Shown here: positions 54,034 through 62,369 of the stretch, one piece after another
Position numbering within the stretch: position 1 is the stretch's first letter
How the letters are laid out: every line of letters starts with the position of its first letter
NCBI GenBank assembly: GCA_963767925.1
Contig: CAVYGB010000001.1
Coordinates: forward strand, 96,001 to 160,000
Length of the DNA stretch: 64,000 nt
Direction of reading: 5' to 3'
Source of the DNA: an uncultured delta proteobacterium
Lineage (GTDB): Bacteria > Myxococcota_A > Polyangia > Fen-1088
Program-made: the position numbers and the translations under genes
The notes under the pieces: model-generated
Seen by the model: only the letters and a program-made list of their open reading frames with translations
The model's database searches: none
What the model was told of the DNA's origin: nothing

Positions 54034-55110
54034 ATGACCCGCAAGCCGCCGATGTATTTCGTCAACGCGGGGGTCGACTTTGCCCTGATTGGCGGGGTGT
54101 CCATCGTGGCCTACGTCCTCCTGGCGGTGTTCAGCGATGGGTCGCGCACGCCGTTTGGCTGGACCCTCGCCGCGGCGCTGGCCTGGATCGTGAACTGGCC
54201 GCACTTCTCGGCCACCAGCTACCGCCTGTATCAGTCGAAGGCCAACGTCCAGCAATACCCCATCGTGGCCCTCGTGGTGCCGCTGCTGGTGACGGCGGCG
54301 GCGGTGGGGTCATTCTCCTCGCCCGAGGGGGTGGCGCCCTGGCTGGTGAAGCTGTTCCTCACCTGGTCGCCCTACCACTTCAGCGGGCAGACCCTCGGCA
54401 TCACCCTCATCTACGCCCGCCGGGCGGGGTTCGACATCGGGCGCGGCCAGCGGGTGGCGATCTCCGGGTTCATCTTCGCCACCTTCCTCGTGCAGATGGC
54501 CAGCGTCGAGGCGGGGCAGGGGATGTCCGAGTATTACGGCGTCCCGGTGCCCATGCTGGGGCTGCCGATCTGGGTGGCGCAGGTCCTGCGGGTCTGGATG
54601 TACCTGTGCGGGGCCGCCTTCCTGTTCTTCGTCGTGCGCTGGAGCGTGCGGGAAAAGCGTCTGCTGCCGCCCATCGTGCTGCTGCCGGCGGTGACCCAGT
54701 TCGTCTGGTTCGTGGCCGGGTCCAAGGTGGGCAGCTTCAACGAGTTCGTGCCCTTCTTCCACTCGGTGCAATACCTGCTCATCGCCTGGTTGATGCAACT
54801 CAAGGAGAAGCTCGACAGCCGCAGCCTCGAGCCGTCGCGCCGGTACGTGCTGTCGGAGAGCGCGCGCTGGGGCCTGGTCAACTTCGCCGGGGGGGTGTTC
54901 CTGTTCTGGCTGCTCCCCCGCATCAGCGCCTCGGCCGGGTTCACCTTGCCCTTCGCCAGCGCGGTGGTCCTGTCGGCGGTGCAGATCCACCACTTCTTCG
55001 TCGACGGCGTGATCTGGAAGCTCAAGAACCCGCGGGTCGCCTCGCCCCTGCTGGCCAACCTCGGCGACGTGACGGCGCGGCCCGAGCCGCGCGTCTTGCA
55101 CGCGGCTTGA
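54034..55110 (+). CDS. Polytopic membrane protein with four spaced His motifs
   Basis: NWPHFSAT, YHFSGQTLG, FHSVQY and IHHFFVDGVIWK; about 9 TM segments. Confidence 0.7.
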   Translation: MTRKPPMYFVNAGVDFALIGGVSIVAYVLLAVFSDGSRTPFGWTLAAALAWIVNWPHFSATSYRLYQSKANVQQYPIVALVVPLLVTAAAVGSFSSPEGVAPWLVKLFLTWSPYHFSGQTLGITLIYARRAGFDIGRGQRVAISGFIFATFLVQMASVEAGQGMSEYYGVPVPMLGLPIWVAQVLRVWMYLCGAAFLFFVVRWSVREKRLLPPIVLLPAVTQFVWFVAGSKVGSFNEFVPFFHSVQYLLIAWLMQLKEKLDSRSLEPSRRYVLSESARWGLVNFAGGVFLFWLLPRISASAGFTLPFASAVVLSAVQIHHFFVDGVIWKLKNPRVASPLLANLGDVTARPEPRVLHAA

Positions 55111-55112
55111 CC

Positions 55113-56162
55113 ATGCGCACCCTCGCCGCCTTGGTCGTGCTCGCCTTCGTGGTGCTCGCCTTTGCGGGCGGGAGCCGGCCGGCCGCCGCCGGCGAGGACA
55201 CCTCCGCCGGGGCGGCCCCGAGCGCGCCCCGCCTGGGCGACGAGCGGATCCTGCTGCGCACCAACCGGGGCGACCTGGTCATCGCGCTCTACCCCGACGT
55301 GGCCCCCCAGCACGTCGCCCAGCTCCTGAAGCTGGTGCGGCTGGGGGTCTACGACTCGACCTGGTTCTTCCGGATCGATCCCCGCTTCGTGGTCCAGACC
55401 GCGTCGGCCCAGAGCCGGCGCTTCCCGCTGTCACCCGAGCAGAGCGCCGCCATCCGAAAGCTGCCAGGCGAGTTCTCCCGCCTGCAACACCGGCCGGGGG
55501 TGCTGTCCATGGCCCGCGCGGACGGGGATCCCGACAGCGCCGAGACCTCGTTCTCGTTCCTGCTGGTGCGGTCGCCCCACCTCGACGGCAAATACACGAT
55601 CTTCGGCGAGCTCGAGTGGGGCAGCGCGGTCCTCGTCGCCATCGCGATGAGCCCCCGCGACGCCCAGAACCGGCCGCTCAGGGAGGTGATCGTCGAGAAG
55701 GCGGTGGTCAAGACCGGGGCGGAGATCGCCCGCATGCGGGTGGCGGGCGAGCTGGTGCAGGCGGTTCCCCTGCCGCTCGCCGGCGCCCTGGGCGCGCCGG
55801 CCACCGCTGGCACCGACCTCATCGTGGCGGCGGGCATCGCGGTCATGATGGGGCTGAGCCTGCTGGGCTTCTTGCTCACCGGGCGCATCGCGCCCCACCG
55901 GGCCAGCGCCTTCGGGCTGCTCTCCATCCTCACGGGGGCCTTCTTCCTCATCCGGGAGGTGGTGCCGCGGGCGCCCGGCGACGGGCTGCTCGCCACGGGC
56001 CTGTTCTTCGGGATGTTCGGGCTGTTCAAGCTGATGAACCGCTTCGAGGGCGCCCGCCCCCCGGCGCCGCCCGGAACGCCCGCCGCCGCCGCGGATCGCG
56101 CGGGGGCCGCCGGCCGGCCACCCCCGCAGCCCGCGGCCGCGGGCGAGCGGCTCACGCCTTGA
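55113..56162 (+). CDS. Cyclophilin-type peptidyl-prolyl isomerase with signal peptide and C-terminal TM bundle
   Basis: [34 protein letters not shown] and [10 protein letters not shown] motifs. Confidence 0.85.
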   Translation: MRTLAALVVLAFVVLAFAGGSRPAAAGEDTSAGAAPSAPRLGDERILLRTNRGDLVIALYPDVAPQHVAQLLKLVRLGVYDSTWFFRIDPRFVVQTASAQSRRFPLSPEQSAAIRKLPGEFSRLQHRPGVLSMARADGDPDSAETSFSFLLVRSPHLDGKYTIFGELEWGSAVLVAIAMSPRDAQNRPLREVIVEKAVVKTGAEIARMRVAGELVQAVPLPLAGALGAPATAGTDLIVAAGIAVMMGLSLLGFLLTGRIAPHRASAFGLLSILTGAFFLIREVVPRAPGDGLLATGLFFGMFGLFKLMNRFEGARPPAPPGTPAAAADRAGAAGRPPPQPAAAGERLTP

Positions 56163-56727
56163 GCACGCCGGAGGCCTTCGCCGTGAAGGTGGCGATGTAG
56201 TCCATCAGCCCCGGCGACAGGCAGTCGTGGGGCGGCAGGCCGAGCTCCTGCAGGCGCGCCCGCACCGCGCCCATCCCGTCGGGGTTGGCGCCCGCCTCGA
56301 TGATCGAGGACACGAAGGCGGCGAAGGTCGGCGGCGCCCAGCCGGCCTCCTTCGACAGCTCGGTGTGGATGAACACCAGCCCGCTGAAGGGGTGCTTGTC
56401 CCGCTCGACCGGGGCCTGCATGTGGGTCCCGCATTCGCGGCAGGCGTGGCGCACGATGAGGGCGCTGGCGTCGACGATCTTGAGCTTGTCGGCGTTCTTG
56501 CTCACCCGGGCCTTGTCCCGCGGCACCACCGCCACCTGCGAGAACAGGGCCCCCTTCGGCTTCCAGCACCTGGTACAGCCGCAGACGTGGTTGTGCGCGC
56601 ACTGGGCGCTGATCACCACCTCCACCGGGTCGCTCGCGCACAGACAGCGCAAGGTCCCGCCCGCGAACTCCTTTGCCCCTGGCTTCACACCGCCATCGAC
56701 GGCCGGATGAATCGCAACCTGTCCCAT
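56152..56727 (-). CDS. gfa: Glutathione-dependent formaldehyde-activating enzyme (S-(hydroxymethyl)glutathione synthase)
   Basis: [47 protein letters not shown] and DCLSP motifs; AAGGAGG RBS. Confidence 0.93.
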   Translation of the reverse strand: MGQVAIHPAVDGGVKPGAKEFAGGTLRCLCASDPVEVVISAQCAHNHVCGCTRCWKPKGALFSQVAVVPRDKARVSKNADKLKIVDASALIVRHACRECGTHMQAPVERDKHPFSGLVFIHTELSKEAGWAPPTFAAFVSSIIEAGANPDGMGAVRARLQELGLPPHDCLSPGLMDYIATFTAKASGVLKA

Positions 56728-56959
56728 GGTCGCCTCCTTGTGGTTGGAGCCGTCGAGCACGCTCGGCGGCTGCTCACGCGGTTGTCTCCGGGACCCCCAG
56801 GGGGCCCCCACCCCGAGCGAGCATGCGCCCGTCCAGCCAGGGTGTGGTGAAAAATGGGGTGGGGTGAAAAACGGTAGGTGCGGAAGGCGCGTCGACGTCA
56901 CTTCTGTCAGGGCGGACCCCCGAGCGTCCGCCAAGTGCCCGCAAACCCGAGGTAAGCCC

Positions 56960-57667
56960 ATGAACAGCCGTTTTGCCCCCCTGTCGCTCGCGTCCGCCCT
57001 GGTCGTCGCCGTAGTCGCCTTGGCAGGCGGCGGCGCCGCCTGCCGCGACGCCGGCCCGCCGCCCCCCTGTCCGAAGTGCCAGCGGATCTTCGATGGCAAG
57101 AGCTTCGCCGGCTGGGAGGCCGGCGGGGAGTCGTGGACCATCGTCGACGGGGCCATGCGCGGGTTCGGCGGCAAGTCGCGGGCCGCCTACACCAAGGCCG
57201 ACTACGGCAACGTCCGCCTCATCGTCACCTCCCGGCTCACCCCGGTCAACGGCGACCACCTCGGCATCCTGTTCTGGGGCGACCGCCCGGCCGATCCCGA
57301 CAAGCCCAAGATCGACCTCGCCGGCTGGCTGCAGTGGATGCCCCCCTTCGGCGGGATGTGGAGCTACCACCCGCCCAAGCACCACGGGGTCAAGGGCACC
57401 AAGCTCGCGCCCAGCCCCAGCAAGAACACCGACTGGCACACCTCGGAGCTGCTGCTCAACCTCGACAAGGGCACCTTGCGCGTGGCGGTCAACGGCATCG
57501 AGACCACGCGCTACACCCATCCCTGGCCCAGCGAGCGCACCGACCCCACCACCCGCATCGTGAAGGGCCCGCTGGCGATGATGAAACACGGCCGCGGCGG
57601 CTCCGAATACAAGGACATCTGGGTGGAGGTCGACCCCGCGGAGGACCGGCTGTACACGGTGAAGTGA
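56960..57667 (+). CDS. DUF1080 family lipoprotein
   Basis: Lipobox-like [27 protein letters not shown] and EYKDIWVE motifs. Confidence 0.8.
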   Translation: MNSRFAPLSLASALVVAVVALAGGGAACRDAGPPPPCPKCQRIFDGKSFAGWEAGGESWTIVDGAMRGFGGKSRAAYTKADYGNVRLIVTSRLTPVNGDHLGILFWGDRPADPDKPKIDLAGWLQWMPPFGGMWSYHPPKHHGVKGTKLAPSPSKNTDWHTSELLLNLDKGTLRVAVNGIETTRYTHPWPSERTDPTTRIVKGPLAMMKHGRGGSEYKDIWVEVDPAEDRLYTVK

Positions 57668-57827
57668 TCGCGCGATCGGCGCGCTCCCGCGCTGCCGTTC
57701 GCGGAGGACCGGCCGTACACGGTGAAGTGATCGCGCGATCGGCGCGCTCCCGCGCTGCCGTTCGCGGAGGACCGGCTGTACACGGTGAAGTGATCGCGCG
57801 ATCGGCGCGCTCCCGCGCTGCCCGTTC
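57638..57827. repeat. Tandem triplication, 3 x 63 bp, of the DUF1080 gene 3' end and its downstream flank
   Basis: GCGGAGGACCGGCTGTACACGGTGAAGTGATCGCGCGATCGGCGCGCTCCCGCGCTGCCGTTC at 57638, 57701 and 57764. Confidence 0.95.
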
Positions 57828-57867
57828 GCCCTCGCCCCGCGCAGCGGGGAGAGGGAGGGGTGAGGGG
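57823..57867 (-). repeat. REP-like hairpin element, copy 4
   Basis: CGTTCGCCCTCGCCCCGCGCAGCGGGGAGAGGGAGGGGTGAGGGG. Confidence 0.75.
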
Positions 57868-58042
57868 TCTGGTCGGGGTTTCCCCCGGGAAATCCGGGGG
57901 CCGTGGGAAGAGATCCGGACCAGCGCAGCGGCCCATCCGTCCGCTCGCCGTAACGTCGGCGGTCGCTGCGACATCCAGCGCAGAATGCAAGGGGCCCGGC
58001 GGTGCATGGGCCCGCCGGGCCGCTACACTTTCGCTCCGCCAG

Positions 58043-58954
58043 ATGAACACGTCCCCCTGCTCGCCCCCCCGGTCTTCCTCCCGTCGCTTCGCCGCCTCCT
58101 GTCTCGCCTTCGCGGTGGCCGCCTCCGGCTTCGCGCTCTCGCCCGGGCTCGCCCGGGCGGCCGGCGCGGCCGACGTCTGGGCGCTGGTCCCCGATCCGGC
58201 CCCCGGTCCCGCCCGGGTGATCGGCGGATCCGGCGGCGCCTGCGTTGTCGGCGCCGTCCCGCTGCCGCTCGAGGGGCCCGGCTACCTCGCGGTCGACGTC
58301 ACCCGCCGCCGCCACTTCGGCCATCCCGCGCTCGTCGGCTTCATCGGCGACCTGGGGCAGACGGTGGCAGAGCGGGCCCTCGGCCGCATGCTGGTCGGGG
58401 ACATGGCCCAGCCGCGCGGCGGACCCATGTCGTCCGGGCACGTGAGCCACCAGGGCGGGCTCGACGTCGACGTCTGGTTCCGCCTCGACCAGCCCGACCT
58501 GCCCCGCGCCCAGCGCGAGGGGATCCCGCAGCCCCCGGTTGTCGACGCGAAGACCGGGCGGCCGGACCCCGCCCGCTGGTCGGATCGCCACGCCGAGCTG
58601 ATCCGCGCCGCCGCCAGCGACCCCCGCGTCTCGCGCGTGTTCGTCGGCGCGGCCATCAAGCGCGATCTGTGCGAGCGGGCCTGGCCCGACCGCACCTGGC
58701 TGCGGATCGTGCGCCCCTGGCCGGGCCACGACGACCACCTGCACATTCGCCTGCGCTGCCCGGTGGAGTCGCCCGCTTGCGTCGAGCAGAAGGACCTGCC
58801 GGTCTCCGAGGGCTGCAACGCCACCGAGCTGGCTCCCGCCTTCGCCTACCAGCGCGCCTGGCAGGAGCGGCCAGCGCCCCGTCCCGGACGCACCTTGCCC
58901 GCGGCCTGTGGCGCGCTCCTCGGCACCAGCAGCGGCGAACCGCGCCGGCGCTGA
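58043..58954 (+). CDS. mepA: Penicillin-insensitive murein endopeptidase
   Basis: RRRHFGHP, GDMAQPRGG..SGHVSHQGGLDVDVW, RPWPGHDDHLHIRLRCP motifs. Confidence 0.92.
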   Translation: MNTSPCSPPRSSSRRFAASCLAFAVAASGFALSPGLARAAGAADVWALVPDPAPGPARVIGGSGGACVVGAVPLPLEGPGYLAVDVTRRRHFGHPALVGFIGDLGQTVAERALGRMLVGDMAQPRGGPMSSGHVSHQGGLDVDVWFRLDQPDLPRAQREGIPQPPVVDAKTGRPDPARWSDRHAELIRAAASDPRVSRVFVGAAIKRDLCERAWPDRTWLRIVRPWPGHDDHLHIRLRCPVESPACVEQKDLPVSEGCNATELAPAFAYQRAWQERPAPRPGRTLPAACGALLGTSSGEPRRR

Positions 58955-59016
58955 GGGCCGCCCTGCAATTGTCGCCTGTAGGCGGCTGACCGACCTGGCC
59001 GTCACCATCGTAAGGG

Positions 59017-60081
59017 GTGATGACCAAGGGAAGGTGGATCCGGGTGATGCTGGTGCTGCTGGCGGTCTGCGCGAGCGCGGCCGGCGATCGGATGGCGCGC
59101 GCCCGCGACGAGATCAAGCTCGTGCCGCACACGAGCGCCAGCCGCTACGAGCGCAAATACGAGAACCGCGACCTCAAGGCCTGGCGGGCCCGGGTGCCGC
59201 AGATCAAGGTCGTCGACATCGCGTCCTCGGTCGACGGCAAGGAGCAGCGGACCATCTGGTACGACTCCGGCTCGAAGGCCCCAAAGCCCCTGCTCGTCGC
59301 CCTCCATAGCTGGAGCGCCGACTACGAGCAGAACCTGAACATCCCCTTCGCCGAGTTCGCCATCGAGAACGACTGGGCCTTCCTGCACCCCGACTTCCGG
59401 GGGCCCAACCTGCGCCCCGAGGCCACCGCCTCCGACCTGGCGGTCAGCGACGTCATCGACGCCGTCTCCTACGCCCGCAAGCGCGCCGAGATCGACCCGA
59501 GCCGCATCTACCTGGTCGGCTACTCGGGCGGGGCCATGAAGGCGCTGGTGCTGGCCGGGCGCTTCCCCGAGCTCTGGGCCGGGGTGGCGGCCTTCGGGAG
59601 CATCTACGACATCGCCGACTGGTACCGCTACAACCGGGGCAAGAACGTGCGCTACCGCAAGGAGATCGCCGCCTCCTGCGGCGGCGCCCCCCGCCCCGGC
59701 AGCGCCGCCGAGACCGACTGCCGCGAGCGCAGCCCGCAGGCCGTGCTGTCCGAGGCCTCCGGCAAGCTGCCCGTCCTCATCGCCCACGGCATCAGCGACG
59801 AGACCGTCCCCCCCGGCCACGCCCTGCGCGCCTACAACGAGCTCGCCGCCCGCGACGACCGCTTCAGCGAGTCCGAGCAGACCCTCATCGAGTCACGGGG
59901 CGTGATCCCCGCCGAGCTGCGCAGCAAGGGCGGCAGCGACATCGGCCCCCTGTTCGCCCAGGCCGGCCTGCCCGTCCGCCTCGAGCGCCACTCGCGCAAG
60001 GTCACCCTCGTCCTCTACGGCGGCGGCCACGACATGGTCTACAACGTGGCCCTGCGCTGGCTCGGCGACAAGCACCGCTGA
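59017..60081 (+). CDS. Secreted alpha/beta hydrolase (prolyl oligopeptidase S9-like)
   Basis: LLVALHSWS, PDFRG, GYSGG nucleophile elbow, HGISDETVP and GGHD motifs. Confidence 0.85.
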   Translation: MMTKGRWIRVMLVLLAVCASAAGDRMARARDEIKLVPHTSASRYERKYENRDLKAWRARVPQIKVVDIASSVDGKEQRTIWYDSGSKAPKPLLVALHSWSADYEQNLNIPFAEFAIENDWAFLHPDFRGPNLRPEATASDLAVSDVIDAVSYARKRAEIDPSRIYLVGYSGGAMKALVLAGRFPELWAGVAAFGSIYDIADWYRYNRGKNVRYRKEIAASCGGAPRPGSAAETDCRERSPQAVLSEASGKLPVLIAHGISDETVPPGHALRAYNELAARDDRFSESEQTLIESRGVIPAELRSKGGSDIGPLFAQAGLPVRLERHSRKVTLVLYGGGHDMVYNVALRWLGDKHR

Positions 60082-60085
60082 AGGC

Positions 60086-60691
60086 GTGGTAAGAAGCGCC
60101 ATCCGCCTCTACAGCAGCCCCACCACCCCCTTCGGCCGCAAGGTCCTGCTCGTCGCCCACGAGCTGGGCCTGGCCGACCGCCTCGAGGTAGAGGCCGTCG
60201 AGACCGCCTCCGACGAGCTCGCGCGGGTCAACCCGCTCAGCAAGATCCCCGCGCTGATCCTCGACGACGGCAGCAGCCTGTACGACAGCCGGGTCATCTG
60301 CGAATACCTCGACCACCTCGCCGGCGGCAACCGCCTGCACCCGGCGCCCGGCCCCGCCCGCTGGGACGCCCTCCGCCTGCAGGCCCTCGCCGACGGCGTC
60401 AGCGAAGCCGCCGTCCTCCGCCTGCTCGAGTCGCGCCGCCCCCCCGCCATCCAGTGGCCCGACTGGCACACCCGCCAGCAGCGCAAGATCACCCAGAGCC
60501 TCGACCTCCTCGAGCGCACCCCACCCCCCACCACCGCCGACATCGGCACCCTCTCCCTCCTCGCCGCCCTCGGCTACCTCGACTTCCGCTTCGCCCCCGA
60601 CCCCTGGCGCACGCCCCGCCCCCGCCTCGCCGCCTGGTTCGCATCTTTCAGCGCCCGCGCGAGCTACCGGGCGACCGCCCCACAGGGTTGA
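60086..60691 (+). CDS. Glutathione S-transferase family protein
   Basis: TTPFGRKV, NPLSKIPAL, LYDSRVICEYLD and LGYLDFR motifs. Confidence 0.92.
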   Translation: MVRSAIRLYSSPTTPFGRKVLLVAHELGLADRLEVEAVETASDELARVNPLSKIPALILDDGSSLYDSRVICEYLDHLAGGNRLHPAPGPARWDALRLQALADGVSEAAVLRLLESRRPPAIQWPDWHTRQQRKITQSLDLLERTPPPTTADIGTLSLLAALGYLDFRFAPDPWRTPRPRLAAWFASFSARASYRATAPQG

Positions 60692-60728
60692 GGGTTGTTG
60701 CTGCGCCGCCCAGGCGGACCGGTGAGCC

Positions 60729-61505
60729 TTAGTTGCAGGTGGTGCCGAAGAGCCAACCAACGGTGACGCTCGCGCTGCTCGAGAGCTGCATGACGACATG
60801 ATCGAAGGCGTCGACCGGGGCTGCGTTGGCAGTGTCCGAACACGTCGCAGTGGCTCCTGCGGACACGCTCGCCACGCAGGTCAAGTCGGTAGCTACGCCA
60901 TTTCGAAGCAAGACGAACGTAACCGTCCCGGCGCCGCTTCCGGCCGTCGCTCGCACCTCGGCGTGCAGGGATTTGAAAGTGCACGAGGTCGGCATGAGCA
61001 ACTCTATGCTCGCTGGCGATCCACCGGTGAAGTCGGTGTTGTTGAGGGCGGAGTAGAATGGGCTCCCGGCCGGCAATGTCCAGTTGATGTTGTTTCGTCC
61101 GAGGAAAACCGTCCCGGGGCCAGTGGCGCCTGTTGCCCCAGTGCCGCCAGTCGCCCCGGTGGGGCCCATCGGACCGGAGGGACCCATGGGACCCGAGGGA
61201 CCCGTCGGGCCGGCCGGGCCCGCGGCCCCTATGCCCATGGGCCCAGTCAGTCCCGTGGGACCTGCTATCCCCGTCGGTCCGACCGGCCCCATCGCTCCGG
61301 TTGTCCCTGGGGCGCCGGTGGCACCGATTGTTCCTTGGGCACCGGTGGGACCGATGGGGCCGGCTGGTCCTTGGGCGCCGGTGGGACCGGCGGTGCCCAG
61401 GGGCCCTGGTGGTCCTCGATCGCCATCGGAGCAGCCGACGGCACATAGAATCAAGAGCCAGCTGAGGCGTTGTGCGGAACCAAGAGCTTGCAGCGTCCAA
61501 CCCAT
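60729..61505 (-). CDS. Collagen-like lipoprotein
   Basis: Lipobox AVGC; about 33 Gly-X-Y triplets with one interruption; Cys-containing beta-rich C-terminal domain. Confidence 0.8.
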   Translation of the reverse strand: MGWTLQALGSAQRLSWLLILCAVGCSDGDRGPPGPLGTAGPTGAQGPAGPIGPTGAQGTIGATGAPGTTGAMGPVGPTGIAGPTGLTGPMGIGAAGPAGPTGPSGPMGPSGPMGPTGATGGTGATGATGPGTVFLGRNNINWTLPAGSPFYSALNNTDFTGGSPASIELLMPTSCTFKSLHAEVRATAGSGAGTVTFVLLRNGVATDLTCVASVSAGATATCSDTANAAPVDAFDHVVMQLSSSASVTVGWLFGTTCN

Positions 61506-61538
61506 CTTGCACCATCCCCCTTCGTTTGCGGGCCAACT

Positions 61539-62360
61539 TCAAGACTCAGCCTCGGAGCGGCCTCCCGCGGTCCTCTTCGTCTCTTCGCGCGAGTAATCAT
61601 CCGCGCTGACGAACACGCCTGCGCCCAGCGCGGCCAGCCACTGCTCGGAGAGCGAGCGGCCGAACGAGGGGTCGTCCACGAGGACGCCGACCTCGATGTT
61701 GCGGTCCTGGCCGCGGGCGGTGAAGTTGGCGGAGGTGACGAGGGACAGGCGCTCGTCCACCACCATGCACTTGGCGTGCAGGCTCGAGTAGGAGCCGTGG
61801 ACGACGGCCCGCGGGTCGAAGTAGAGGGTGGGGCGCAGGGGGAAGCGCCAGTTTTCCAGGAAGAAGCGTTCGGCCCAGCGGGCGACATGGGCAGGTGCCT
61901 TGTCGCTATCACCCTGGCGGGGGATGTCCACGAAGAGGCGGGTTTCGACCTGGTGGCGCTGCATGGCCGCGTGCAGCGGTTCGAAGATCTCGGCGCCGTT
62001 GTCGAAGGCGTAGCCCGCTATCAGGACCGAGCGGCGGGCCCGGCTGAAGAGCTCGCGGACGACGGTGGCGGTGTCGCGGGCGGTGCCGCTGACCGCTTCG
62101 GGACCGGTCCACACCAGCTGGACCTGGGGGCCGGCGCGCCGCGCGCGCTCGGCGACCACCGCCGTGCTCAGATCGCGGGCGACCGCCGGAGGCAGGCCGC
62201 GTAGGGGGCCCAGGCGGCGCGCCAGGTGGGCCAGGCCCGAGGACGCCAGCGTCTCTTCATCGAGAGGCTCGCGCACCAGCTTGCGGTCGATGGCCCGGGC
62301 CAGCTCTTCCAGCTCCTGGGTCGACAGCGCGATCGGGGTGCCTGGAACGTCGCGGGGCAC
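61539..62360 (-). CDS. drmC: DISARM phospholipase D-like nuclease DrmC
   Basis: VQLVWTGP..RDTATVVRELF..A, LHAKCMVVD..SANFT and NIEVG motifs; directly downstream of a DUF1998 gene. Confidence 0.88.
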   Translation of the reverse strand: MPRDVPGTPIALSTQELEELARAIDRKLVREPLDEETLASSGLAHLARRLGPLRGLPPAVARDLSTAVVAERARRAGPQVQLVWTGPEAVSGTARDTATVVRELFSRARRSVLIAGYAFDNGAEIFEPLHAAMQRHQVETRLFVDIPRQGDSDKAPAHVARWAERFFLENWRFPLRPTLYFDPRAVVHGSYSSLHAKCMVVDERLSLVTSANFTARGQDRNIEVGVLVDDPSFGRSLSEQWLAALGAGVFVSADDYSREETKRTAGGRSEAES

Positions 62361-62369
62361 GGCCGCGCC

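Noticed and set aside
57638..57827. Possible CRISPR array
   Set aside because: The units are contiguous near-identical 63-mers with no unique spacers, they include coding sequence, and no cas genes are present
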